From the UHGV virus genome UHGV-1353509: 42,388 nt of DNA; one strand, 5' to 3'. The stretch comes from a virus. A model generated the notes under the pieces. The model saw only the letters and a list, made by a program, of their open reading frames with translations, did not search any database and had not been told where the DNA came from. The translations under genes were made by a program, and so were the position numbers. Below, in pieces: positions 9,316 to 17,933 of the stretch (its first letter is position 1; each line of letters opens with the position of its first letter).

Positions 9316-10710
9316 TTATAAAAAATCTACAGCCTTAATCGTATTGTCATCATTTAGGTAAATCTCCTGTATCGTTGATCTCCAAAAAGAACGCTTGTTT
9401 TCCGGAGACAGCGAATCATACATCTGGCGAAAGTCAGTTTTTAATAGTTCTTCTACATAATGAAGGTTTCTCGTCTCTTCTTCCTCTGGAAAATCAGCAG
9501 AAACGGAATATTCTTTCTCTAATCTTTGGTACTCCTTATCGTAGTAATCGAAAGAAATCCTCCCCTTTTGAAATAACAAATTTAATCGTTCCATTTCTTT
9601 TCTCAGCTTTTCTGGATCTTTTGCTTTCTTTTGCTTTTTTAGCTCTTCACCGATCTGGTTGCTGCGTACTTTATACTTTTCGTATTCTCTTTCGAGATTT
9701 TCGAGCAAATATTTTTCGACAAGGTTTTGGCTTACCCTATGCCTATACGTGCAAATATGATCGATAAGTGCTCTATTGCAACGGTAGTAGCAGTACGTCC
9801 TTTTTTCACGTGTTGTACGATTTATAATTGATGAGCATCCGGTACCGACTAATTTCTGTCCGCATACAGGACAGTGCATCAAACCCGTAAATAGGTATAC
9901 TCTACCAGACGGCGTGTTTTTAATATTTCTTTTCGATATAATCTGCATCTCATCCCATTCTTTTTCTGACAGGTATGCTGGACAATAAGGGTATCCTCTG
10001 TACGTCCCTTTATAAAATTCGCTGGATAACATCGTCCGTAACATGCCATAGCTAAAATCAATTCCATAGGTTTCCTGCATGTGCCGGATAGCACCTTTTT
10101 TGGTGTTATGGTTTTTAAAGTATCTAAAAAAATCTTCCACCATGTGTTCTGTTTCCGGATCTTTAACCATGCATTTCTTCCCATCTACAATACCTGATTT
10201 ATAACCAAAAGGCATATTTGCATCTCCAAAAATTAGTTTTTTCTGTCTTATAGATGCTTCATTCACAAATTTAATTCGCTCGGAGGTTGTGTCTACTTCG
10301 TTCTGGCCGATTGACAGCACTACATTTAATTGCAAGCGTCCATCCCGTGTCTCCATGTTGATTCCCGGCTCAGATACGGAGATCCAGCGCACTCCATGAT
10401 CATCCAGAACGTCCTGAACTTTATAAAAGTCTGACAGGTTTCGAAACCATCTATCCAATCTCCAGAATAGTATTACATCAATTCTATCCATTTTCACGTC
10501 CTCTACAAGAGCATGTATGGCCTTTCTTTTCTTCAGTTCTTTTCTTGCAGTCTTTCCCTCATCCGCATAGACACCTACTATAGACATGTTGTTGTCTGTT
10601 GCGTATTGTTCCAAACATTCTTTCTGGGCTTGTAAAGACTTACCATGTACACTCTGCTCAAATGTGGATACTCGGATATATATGGCGCACCGTAGTATTT
10701 TTTCTGGCAT
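9316..10710 (-). CDS. int: Large serine recombinase (phage integrase)
   Basis: N-terminal resolvase domain with catalytic Ser in YIRVSTFEQ. Recombinase domain, zinc ribbon (HCPVCGQK...CYYRCNR) and C-terminal coiled coil. RBS AAGGAGAG. Confidence 0.9.
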   Translation of the reverse strand: MPEKILRCAIYIRVSTFEQSVHGKSLQAQKECLEQYATDNNMSIVGVYADEGKTARKELKKRKAIHALVEDVKMDRIDVILFWRLDRWFRNLSDFYKVQDVLDDHGVRWISVSEPGINMETRDGRLQLNVVLSIGQNEVDTTSERIKFVNEASIRQKKLIFGDANMPFGYKSGIVDGKKCMVKDPETEHMVEDFFRYFKNHNTKKGAIRHMQETYGIDFSYGMLRTMLSSEFYKGTYRGYPYCPAYLSEKEWDEMQIISKRNIKNTPSGRVYLFTGLMHCPVCGQKLVGTGCSSIINRTTREKRTYCYYRCNRALIDHICTYRHRVSQNLVEKYLLENLEREYEKYKVRSNQIGEELKKQKKAKDPEKLRKEMERLNLLFQKGRISFDYYDKEYQRLEKEYSVSADFPEEEETRNLHYVEELLKTDFRQMYDSLSPENKRSFWRSTIQEIYLNDDNTIKAVDFL

Positions 10711-10886
10711 TCCGTATCACTCTCCTTTTGTAAAATATATTTAAAATTGGTGCAAAAATAACAGCCAGCGCAAAACAAACGTTCCGCTTGCATGACTGCT
10801 CCGAAGATGATACAATACTCTTGGATTTCAAGTGCATATCTTCGGATATGTAGACCGTCTCTGTTGGCGCAGGGGCGGTTTTTATT

Positions 10887-11378
10887 TTATTGTCCTAAAG
10901 AATTAAGGGAATTCATCAGGTCTTCCGTGCTCATACCCGCAGCAGAAGAGGTGTATGCATCAGTGATTTGCGTTGCGTATTGTGTATATACATCAGTTAA
11001 TTTCAATGACCATTCTTCATAAACACTGTACTCATCTCCATTCTTCTGCATTAGCGTAGCCATTTCGGAAACTCCCTGATTAGAAATCTGGGCCAGTTTC
11101 TCAACCTTGCTATTTGATAATTCAGCAAGCGCATTTAAGTCTCCGGCAATCGGAGCAGCTTCGTTATTATATTCTTCTACAAGTCCTGGAGTCGCGTCGG
11201 CAATCTTCTTTGTATAATCATCAAGAATGCTTTGATATGTTACTTCGGATTCCGGTTCTTTTTCCACTTTTTCCGCTTTTGATTCATTGTTTTTTGTTGG
11301 CTCTTTGCCTCCGCCGCACGCTGTAATAGATAATGCCATAGATCCAACTAATAGCATTGCTATAATTTTCTTTTTCAT
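10887..11378 (-). CDS. Prophage lipoprotein (signal peptide plus lipobox LSITAC); candidate superinfection-exclusion protein
   Basis: MKKKIIAMLLVGSMALSITAC is a typical SPase II signal. Sits between int and the repressor in moron position. Confidence 0.6.
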   Translation of the reverse strand: MKKKIIAMLLVGSMALSITACGGGKEPTKNNESKAEKVEKEPESEVTYQSILDDYTKKIADATPGLVEEYNNEAAPIAGDLNALAELSNSKVEKLAQISNQGVSEMATLMQKNGDEYSVYEEWSLKLTDVYTQYATQITDAYTSSAAGMSTEDLMNSLNSLGQ

Positions 11379-11411
11379 AATACTGTTTCTCCTGTTTTAC
11401 TGCTTATAATA

Positions 11412-12476
11412 TTATTTATCTTGCTCCATGTATCTTTTTGCCACTTCGATCAACTTGTCCTTATATCCGTATAGATCATTCAGTGTTTCGATATAAAAAC
11501 GCTCCATCTTTTTATTTTCATCTGGAATAAATAATTGTTTGTTTTTCTTGTCGAGGTTTATTCTGCAAATAGGTTTTCGATTATTGTCCTTGTACAAAAT
11601 ACCGAAGTAGCTTTCAGTATCTCTATGTACAACATCATTGACATCTACAGTTCCTGCAAGCATCCCCCGCACAATGTAAAACGCCTCAATTTCTTCTTCT
11701 GTAGTCACGATTTTTGATACTGGCTCTACAGGTGTTTCTTCTACTTCATTTTTTGCATCATCGTTATCTTTTGTGAGAGCGGAAGAGATCTTATTATTTA
11801 CTATTTCATTGACAAATGATGAGAACGATCTTTTCACAACGGGCGTGAATTTTTCAATCACTCTTTGATTTTTCTGTCCGTCATATATGTTTGTAAGTAC
11901 AAGTCTTACAAATTCTTCTGATGGTGCTTCGAATTCAGCAGATAAAACTCCTTTTATTAAAGAACTATACTTCAATTCTTCGGCTGTGCTGAATATTTTT
12001 TCTTTGTCAAAATTCTCTTTGCAGAATTTTCTTAATTCGTTAATAGAAGAGTCTTTTAAGTTAATCATATTTATTTCAAGAAATGGCACTAAATCCATTT
12101 TGTTTGCTTCTTCTAAGTCGGTGTAAAATCTATATATGATTCCATTTGTTAAAATCCCAAACTTAGCAGGAGACGTGCCAAAATATCTGAAAAGTTGAGA
12201 AGAATGTTTGTCTAACTGTTCAGAACAACTCTTGCATTCAATCAAAATACTTGGTTCTCCATTATCCAAAATCGCATAGTCGACCTTTTCTCCCTTTTTA
12301 ATGCCAACATCTGCAGTGTATTCAGGACAAAATTCCAACGGGTTGAATACATCGTACCCAAGTATCTGGAACATTGGGACGATTAAAGACATTTTTGTTG
12401 CTTCTTCGGTGGATACAGTATCCTTTATCATAGATACACGTTCCGAAAATTGTTTAATAGATTCGTTGAACTCCAT
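11412..12476 (-). CDS. PD-(D/E)XK nuclease-fold protein with a type I restriction enzyme HsdR N-terminal-like domain (354 aa)
   Basis: Motif VDYAILDNGEPSILIECKS (D...E-x-K) followed by ...QLFRYFG...FGILTNG matches the HSDR_N layout. C-terminal 150 aa of unknown function. Confidence 0.55.
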   Translation of the reverse strand: MEFNESIKQFSERVSMIKDTVSTEEATKMSLIVPMFQILGYDVFNPLEFCPEYTADVGIKKGEKVDYAILDNGEPSILIECKSCSEQLDKHSSQLFRYFGTSPAKFGILTNGIIYRFYTDLEEANKMDLVPFLEINMINLKDSSINELRKFCKENFDKEKIFSTAEELKYSSLIKGVLSAEFEAPSEEFVRLVLTNIYDGQKNQRVIEKFTPVVKRSFSSFVNEIVNNKISSALTKDNDDAKNEVEETPVEPVSKIVTTEEEIEAFYIVRGMLAGTVDVNDVVHRDTESYFGILYKDNNRKPICRINLDKKNKQLFIPDENKKMERFYIETLNDLYGYKDKLIEVAKRYMEQDK

Positions 12477-12531
12477 ATTCTCCTCCTTTTGTACTTTAAC
12501 ACCACTTTGCTCTATATAAACGCCGTAGCGC

Positions 12532-12993
12532 TCATATCATTTCCATAACTGCTAAATTAGGAATAAAATAAATAATATAATTATCTACAGTAGTACATTC
12601 ACCATATTTTCCAGTATAGCAGTCAATAGCTTCTTGCAGATATTCTTCTGTGACATGCAGATGTTCTGCAACTTCATATCTATTCTGGCAACCAGCATTA
12701 AAAGCTGATATGATGCCACGCAATCCGATCATCCGGTTATAGCCATGCAATCTTCCTTTTTGTTCTTGCTTCATATTTTCAATATTTTGCAAATCGAAGA
12801 TATCACCAACAGCCGTATGGTGATGTCCGATTTCTTCAGCTAAAACACAAGCCTTTTCCGCAGACGTTTTCAACCTGTTTGATATTGCAATTCTATTTTT
12901 ATAGATCAATCCGTTACTACCGGAAAGAGTCTTTTCGCGGACAATCAGTCCGCTACTATTAGCCTCTTCCAAAAGTTCTTCATAAATCGTCAT
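12532..12993 (-). CDS. ImmA/IrrE-family (DUF955-like) metallopeptidase partner of the repressor; Zn motif is degenerate (AEEIGHHH)
   Basis: Classic ImmR-ImmA gene pair geometry. Start moved to the internal ATG at 12993, which has SD GGGAG at 7 nt. The longer ORF to 13017 is possible. Confidence 0.5.
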   Translation of the reverse strand: MTIYEELLEEANSSGLIVREKTLSGSNGLIYKNRIAISNRLKTSAEKACVLAEEIGHHHTAVGDIFDLQNIENMKQEQKGRLHGYNRMIGLRGIISAFNAGCQNRYEVAEHLHVTEEYLQEAIDCYTGKYGECTTVDNYIIYFIPNLAVMEMI

Positions 12994-12997
12994 TGTA

Positions 12998-13489
12998 TCA
13001 CTCCCATTCAGAGTCATCCATCATGATGTCTTTATCGTGTTTTCTCATTTCATCTGTTACTTTAATGTCAGTTCGTTCATGAGCTGCTAATACCGACAAA
13101 TCATCATCCATTTGCTGGATAGATAGCAACTGCTTTATGTAATTGTCAGCTTTTTTTCTATTTACTTCCAGCAAAAGAAGATAATTTTTAAAATGAGTTT
13201 TTTCTTCTATGGATAATGCGTTAATTCCATCGATGATTTCAAATAAATTTACATTAGCAAACGCATTTCCTATGTCTCCGTCTGTCGGCATATCTAAATC
13301 CATCAGATACATGGGCGAGCATCCTAAAATTTTTGCCATATTCGCAATGGTAGATCTCTTTATATTCTTAACCCTTCCATTTTCATACTTTGCTATAGCG
13401 GATTTTTGTAGTCCCAATTTCTGTGCTAATTCTTCTTGTGTCAATCCTGCTTCCTTTCTTTTACTTTTTATTCTATCAGACATTGCCAT
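12998..13489 (-). CDS. CI-like phage repressor (XRE HTH)
   Basis: LTQEELAQKLGLQKSAIAKYENG is an HTH. Divergent from the cro-like gene across an operator-rich intergenic region. Confidence 0.8.
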   Translation of the reverse strand: MAMSDRIKSKRKEAGLTQEELAQKLGLQKSAIAKYENGRVKNIKRSTIANMAKILGCSPMYLMDLDMPTDGDIGNAFANVNLFEIIDGINALSIEEKTHFKNYLLLLEVNRKKADNYIKQLLSIQQMDDDLSVLAAHERTDIKVTDEMRKHDKDIMMDDSEWE

Positions 13490-13516
13490 TTTATTTACCC
13501 CTTTCTATGTGTCTTG

Positions 13517-13545
13517 ATTTTACTACATTTAATAGGAAATTGCAA
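13517..13545 (-). promoter_or_regulatory. Putative repressor-maintenance promoter (-35 TTGCAA, -10 TAAAAT, 17-nt spacer) with GTGTC half-sites at 13508-13516 and 13560-13572
   Basis: Read on the minus strand. A half-site overlaps the predicted transcription start. Confidence 0.4.
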
Positions 13546-13585
13546 GGATTTTCAGAAAAAGTGTCTTAAAAATCCAAAAAAGTTG

Positions 13586-13636
13586 TTGACATTATTAAAT
13601 CATAGTGATAAACTGAGTGTGTCTAAAAAAGACACA
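13586..13636 (+). promoter_or_regulatory. Early (cro) promoter, -35 TTGACA and -10 TAAACT with 17-nt spacer, plus operator palindrome TGTGTC-N7-GACACA (13618-13636) over the transcription start
   Basis: Consensus -35. TGaTAAACT has extended -10 character. The perfect inverted repeat lies immediately downstream. Confidence 0.55.
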
Positions 13637-13660
13637 AACAAAGAAAGGAGGAGCGGTAGA

Positions 13661-13906
13661 ATGAATAAAAACAGACTGGAATCCGTTATGAAACTAAATG
13701 GTGATACTGGTACATCGCTTGCGCTATATCTTGGTATTGCACGTAGTACATTTTCTGCAAAAATCAATGAGACGAATGGTGCAGAGTTCACGCAAGGAGA
13801 AATTTTGAAAATCAAACAGAAATACTCTTTGTGTGGAGAAGAAATTGAAAATATTTTTTTTAGTCAAAAAGTGTCTCAAAAAGACACTATAAGGAGAAAG
13901 CAATGA
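13661..13906 (+). CDS. Cro-like small HTH regulator (81 aa)
   Basis: RBS AAAGGAGGAG. MKLNGDTGTSLALYLGIARSTFSAKINE is an HTH. Overlaps the next gene by 4 nt. Confidence 0.65.
   Translation: MNKNRLESVMKLNGDTGTSLALYLGIARSTFSAKINETNGAEFTQGEILKIKQKYSLCGEEIENIFFSQKVSQKDTIRRKQ
13870..13888 (+). promoter_or_regulatory. Second copy of the operator, AGTGTC-N7-GACACT, inside the 3' end of the cro-like gene and 15 nt before the antirepressor start
   Basis: Same GTGTC-N7-GACAC architecture as 13618-13636. Confidence 0.45.
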
Positions 13907-14583
13907 CAGAACTTGTATATTTAAAAAATGACGAAGCAGTGTGTGACAGTTTACAGGTGGCTGAGAAATTTGGAAAGAGACACGACAAGCTGATTCATGA
14001 AATCGAGAGAATGTATGGAGATATTGAGGAATTGGGGTCTGCCCAAAATGGTGGACACCCCCTGTTCAGAAAAATGTATTACGTACATCCGCAAAATGGA
14101 CAGAAATATCCTAAATATATTATGAACCGAGATGGTTTTTCTCTCTTAGTAATGGGGTTCACCGGCAAGAAAGCTCTTGAATGGAAATTGCAGTACATCA
14201 AAGCATTTAATCAGATGGAAGCGTTCATCAAAGAAAAGACAACTCAGACATGGGTAGAAACAAGAAAAGCCGGAAAACTGACCAGAAGAGCAGAGACGGA
14301 CACCATTCAGAAATTAGTGGAATACGCAAAAGGGCAGGGAAGCACACACGCAGAGATGCTTTACATGACCTATTCAAAACTGGCAAATAAGATGGCTGGA
14401 ATTGGAAAACGTGATGAAGCAACAGTTATGCAGCTGAACAATCTTTCGCTGATGGAAAACATTATTCTCCATGTGATCGACACTGGAATACTGACTGGAA
14501 AACATTACAAAGAGATTTATCAGGATTGTAAGAAGAGACTGGAAACTGTGAAAGATCTTGCATATCTGGAATCTGTGGCGTAG
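13903..14583 (+). CDS. Rha-family phage regulatory protein / antirepressor
   Basis: N-terminal ELVYLKNDEAVCDSLQVAEKFGKRHDKLIHEIE matches the pRha domain pattern. Confidence 0.65.
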   Translation: MTELVYLKNDEAVCDSLQVAEKFGKRHDKLIHEIERMYGDIEELGSAQNGGHPLFRKMYYVHPQNGQKYPKYIMNRDGFSLLVMGFTGKKALEWKLQYIKAFNQMEAFIKEKTTQTWVETRKAGKLTRRAETDTIQKLVEYAKGQGSTHAEMLYMTYSKLANKMAGIGKRDEATVMQLNNLSLMENIILHVIDTGILTGKHYKEIYQDCKKRLETVKDLAYLESVA

Positions 14584-14637
14584 CAGATTACTTCAACGTA
14601 TCAGTTGAGTATTTCTTAGAGTAGGAGGCGAGGAAGA

Positions 14638-14814
14638 ATGGGATACACAGAACATGAAGAAGATGACAGCGCAACCACGACGCAAGAAGAGCACAACGAA
14701 TACTTATTAAAACACGAAAATTTTATTCGCTGCGCTCGGTGCAAAAATTTAATACACAGTTCAAACAAATATTGTCAATACTGTGGATGTCCTAACGAAA
14801 AAGAACATTCTTGA
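14638..14814 (+). CDS. Small zinc-ribbon protein (58 aa; CxxC...CxxC)
   Basis: RBS AGTAGGAGG at 9 nt. Not in the ORF track because it is under 60 aa. Confidence 0.45.
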   Translation: MGYTEHEEDDSATTTQEEHNEYLLKHENFIRCARCKNLIHSSNKYCQYCGCPNEKEHS

Positions 14815-15268
14815 TGCTTTCACTTAAAACGCTTGAAAGTAATTGAAACATAGAGTCTCTGACAATTTGCCCTGCTTTGCTTATTCCACTGCGGTAATTT
14901 GCAATGGATATAGGAGTTTCAGGCGTGTCAACTAATAGATTCGGAATTGCGTTTTTAATTAATTCTTGCGTATCAGCATCAAGTTCGCCATCAAGAGATA
15001 ATAGTTCAACAGCATTGCTTAATATCTTTTGAGTCCACGGATATGGCGTACCACACGAATGACAATACCAGGGCGTAACATATTGTGACTTATTAAGAGT
15101 TAGAACACCGTCAATCAGATATTTACCTTGAATATGTTCTCCGCAATTTTGGCAATGAGTTATTGTCTTGGTTCCGCATTTTGAGCAGTAAGATTGCTCA
15201 TGATTTTCTATATTTGTTGTGATTACATGACCATTCAAGCATATTTGAGCAGTTTTATATACTCCCAT
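14792..15268 (-). CDS. Zinc-ribbon protein (two CxxC...H/CxxC clusters; DUF2321-like) on the opposite strand inside the early region
   Basis: 158 aa. RBS AAAGGAGAAAAG. Its own sigma-A promoter lies at 15316-15344. Confidence 0.6.
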   Translation of the reverse strand: MGVYKTAQICLNGHVITTNIENHEQSYCSKCGTKTITHCQNCGEHIQGKYLIDGVLTLNKSQYVTPWYCHSCGTPYPWTQKILSNAVELLSLDGELDADTQELIKNAIPNLLVDTPETPISIANYRSGISKAGQIVRDSMFQLLSSVLSESIKNVLFR

Positions 15269-15315
15269 TTTGCTTTTCTCCTTTCGTAATTATTCCGACT
15301 GGTACTCGGTAATTA

Positions 15316-15344
15316 CAGTATAGGAGATATACGGATAAATGGCA
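15316..15344 (-). promoter_or_regulatory. Minus-strand promoter (-35 TTGCCA, 17 nt, -10 TATACT) for gene 14792-15268; core shared with 16374-16402
   Basis: The 17-mer TTACAGTATAGGAGATA (15312-15328) is repeated at 16370-16386. On the minus strand it supplies a TATACT -10. Confidence 0.45.
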
Positions 15345-15534
15345 ATAAAACAAAAAGAAAGCGAGGTGAGAAAGATGGATCGAATTGAATTTGATGCGTT
15401 GAGTTCTAAGATGAAAGAACTTGAAGCAGAAGTAGAGAGTCTCAAAAACAAGACCCTCTGTTTACTGGTTAGCTTTGTTGTAATTTTGATTTTTGCATCA
15501 TTTTCAGTCATGAATATTATAAGACAGTATTCAA

Positions 15535-16341
15535 CTATTCATGATTACTACATGGATTCGCAGAGAATTGATCAGGAGATAGGCCAGTCTCTGAATGAAC
15601 TGATTCAAAAGATTGAAGAACTTCAGTCAAAGAGTGAATAGACTTGGTTAGTGATTCTATGGAATCTTTGCATGTGGATTCAGAATAATCGATGGAATCG
15701 ATCAATTTTTCCAGTATTTGATTTTGTTCCCGTTCTTCTCGCAGCTTGGATTCATAATACTGTTGTTCAGCTTCCAGAGACTTTCTCTCGTGATATTCAC
15801 TTTGGATGAATGTGACAAGTGATACAACAATGGTCGCAAGAAGTGAAATGATGATTTCGGTTTTTATCTTTACGCGCTTGTTTCCTATTGGCAATGCAAC
15901 GGAATCAGGTAAATCGAATTCTTCAACGGAAGATTCATCAACTATTACATAATCTTCGGAATCGTCGATGTTTGTGATTGCAGTATCCGCACGCAACACT
16001 TCTTCCGCAACTGATTGAAATGTTTTTATGTAGGAAGAAAATGCAGACATTTCTGCTGTAGATGATATAGCAGAATTCGTGATTGACAATATAGATTTCA
16101 ATACTTCGGCATCCATGATACTGCATCTGCAGTTCAGCGCTATTTCAGATGCGGATTTCATATACTCACATAGTCCGCTGGATAGATTTCCGCTGATTAA
16201 TGATGCTGTTCCAACAAGAGAATTCAAATGGGAGATCATGCCAGAATTTGCGAGACCAACTACAAGTTTTACGGCATCGTTCGGATAATTTGGAAATAAT
16301 TTATTTCTATCGTATTTATTCAACAATATTTCTCCTTTCAT
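15535..16341 (-). CDS. Membrane-anchored coiled-coil protein of unknown function (268 aa, one TM helix IIISLLATIVVSLVTFI)
   Basis: An 807-nt ORF in AT-rich DNA is unlikely by chance. Second opposite-strand moron with its own promoter. Confidence 0.55.
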   Translation of the reverse strand: MKGEILLNKYDRNKLFPNYPNDAVKLVVGLANSGMISHLNSLVGTASLISGNLSSGLCEYMKSASEIALNCRCSIMDAEVLKSILSITNSAISSTAEMSAFSSYIKTFQSVAEEVLRADTAITNIDDSEDYVIVDESSVEEFDLPDSVALPIGNKRVKIKTEIIISLLATIVVSLVTFIQSEYHERKSLEAEQQYYESKLREEREQNQILEKLIDSIDYSESTCKDSIESLTKSIHSLTEVLQSFESVHSETGLSPDQFSANPCSNHE

Positions 16342-16373
16342 AATACTTGGACATGCCAGTGTCCTGTATTTAC

Positions 16374-16402
16374 AGTATAGGAGATAAGCAAAAAGAAAGC
16401 AA
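16374..16402 (-). promoter_or_regulatory. Minus-strand promoter (-35 TTGCTT, 17 nt, -10 TATACT) for gene 15535-16341
   Basis: Duplicate of the 15316-15344 promoter core. Also shares CAAAAAGAAAGC and GGCAATAAAA blocks. Confidence 0.4.
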
Positions 16403-16450
16403 TCCCGCCACGGAGGTTACGACGGCAATAAAAATAGGAGGTAAAAGGTA

Positions 16451-17167
16451 TTGAACGAGTTACAACAGAAATTAGACAGCCGGGAAGTGGCTGAGATGGT
16501 TGGGAAAGCCCACAACAAACTTATGAGAGATATAAGAGATTATATCGATCAATTAGGAGAGTCCAAGATTGGACACACCGATTTCTTTTCGGAATCAACC
16601 TACACAACAGCTCAAAACAAAGTGTTGCCGTGCTACCTAATCACAAAAGAGGGGTGCGAATTTATCGCCCACAAACTCACTGGAATCAAAGGAACAGAGT
16701 TCACGGCAAAATATATCAAACGGTTTCACCAGATGGAAAACATTATCAAAGAGCACGTTCCACAGGGTAAAGAACTTCTTGCACTTGCAGTACTTGAAGC
16801 GCAGAAGACCATTGAAGAGCAGACAGTGCAAATTGAGGAAATGAAGCCAAAAGCAATATTTGCTGATGCTGTCGCTACCAGCCATACATCCATCTTAATC
16901 GGTGATCTTGCAAAGATTTTGAAGCAAAACGGCATTGAAACAGGACAGAAAAGATTGTTTGAGTGGCTTCGTGAAAACGGGTTCCTGAGTAAAAGAAAAG
17001 GAACGGAATGGAACTCTCCTACACAAAAATCAATGAACTTAGGTCTGTTTGAAGTGAAAGAGACAACATCAGTCAATCCAGATGGCTCTGTCCGGATTAA
17101 CAAAACAACCAAAGTAACAGGCAAAGGTCAGCAGTATTTTATCAACAAGTTTTTAAATGCAGCATAA
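16451..17167 (+). CDS. Antirepressor with an Rha-like N-terminus and a KilAC/ANT C-terminal domain
   Basis: TTG start with RBS TAGGAGGT. C-terminal AIFADAVATSHTSILIGDLAKIL...LFEWLRENGFL matches the KilA-C pattern. Confidence 0.65.
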   Translation: MNELQQKLDSREVAEMVGKAHNKLMRDIRDYIDQLGESKIGHTDFFSESTYTTAQNKVLPCYLITKEGCEFIAHKLTGIKGTEFTAKYIKRFHQMENIIKEHVPQGKELLALAVLEAQKTIEEQTVQIEEMKPKAIFADAVATSHTSILIGDLAKILKQNGIETGQKRLFEWLRENGFLSKRKGTEWNSPTQKSMNLGLFEVKETTSVNPDGSVRINKTTKVTGKGQQYFINKFLNAA

Positions 17168-17177
17168 GGAGGTACGC

Positions 17178-17336
17178 ATGAGCGAAAAAGACAGAAAAGA
17201 GATTGCAGAAATGGTGAAAAAAGCGAAGTATCTGGCAGAAAATGATCCGCATGGATTTATGCTCGCAAAGAATAGCATGGATATTTTAAAAGCGAGATCA
17301 GATATGGATGCAGTGGAAGAAAAAGAAGATGACTAG
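17178..17336 (+). CDS. Hypothetical small protein (52 aa)
   Basis: RBS TAAGGAGGT. Confidence 0.4.
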   Translation: MSEKDRKEIAEMVKKAKYLAENDPHGFMLAKNSMDILKARSDMDAVEEKEDD

Positions 17337-17661
17337 GACAACATATCTCGGACAATCCATCCGTCATACATATTAGAGAGGTGGTGCAAGTGACTATAAA
17401 AAACATCGTAGTAATTAACGGCAAAGAGGTGGAGATCAGAGACCTTCCTGACGCTGAACTGTTTGCAGAAAAGCTAAATCGGAAAGCTCTGACCGAAAGA
17501 AACTATGAGGAAGATAGGTGATGACATGAAACCTGATATGGAAAAAATCATACAAGTGTTGATATCTCTGATCGAAGAACAGGAACACGTAAAAATTGAT
17601 TACACACTTGAAAAGAGGACAGAAGAGAAAACCGCCTAGGCGGTAGAAGGGAGGACAAGCT

Positions 17662-17847
17662 ATGAAAGTTAAAGGAACTTACCATTGCCAGACTACTCAA
17701 CAGCCCAACGCTTTGAATAGTTGGGATATCCGCTCCGTATCTGTTGAGTTACCGGAGCAGGACAAGCCTTACTGGCATAAGGTTGCAGCAGCTGTGATCG
17801 GGTTTGGACTGGCGATGATCGGATGGTGGTTAGTGGTTGGGTATTAA
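17662..17847 (+). CDS. Small membrane protein (61 aa)
   Basis: RBS GAAGGGAGG. C-terminal TM AAAVIGFGLAMIGWWLVVGY. Followed by a structured hairpin at 17855-17889. Confidence 0.45.
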   Translation: MKVKGTYHCQTTQQPNALNSWDIRSVSVELPEQDKPYWHKVAAAVIGFGLAMIGWWLVVGY

Positions 17848-17933
17848 AAAAGAGTGCTGTCACAGGGCGGCAACCCTCGAGCACTCAAGAAATTAAATCA
17901 GTTAAATTGTAAGCGAAAAGGAGAGAAATGTAA

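Noticed and set aside
15339-15641. 100-aa plus-strand ORF
   Set aside because: Its start lies inside the predicted promoter of the minus-strand gene. The SD is 13 nt away. It converges and overlaps the 268-aa minus gene by 107 nt. Likely spurious; kept only as a low-probability alternative.
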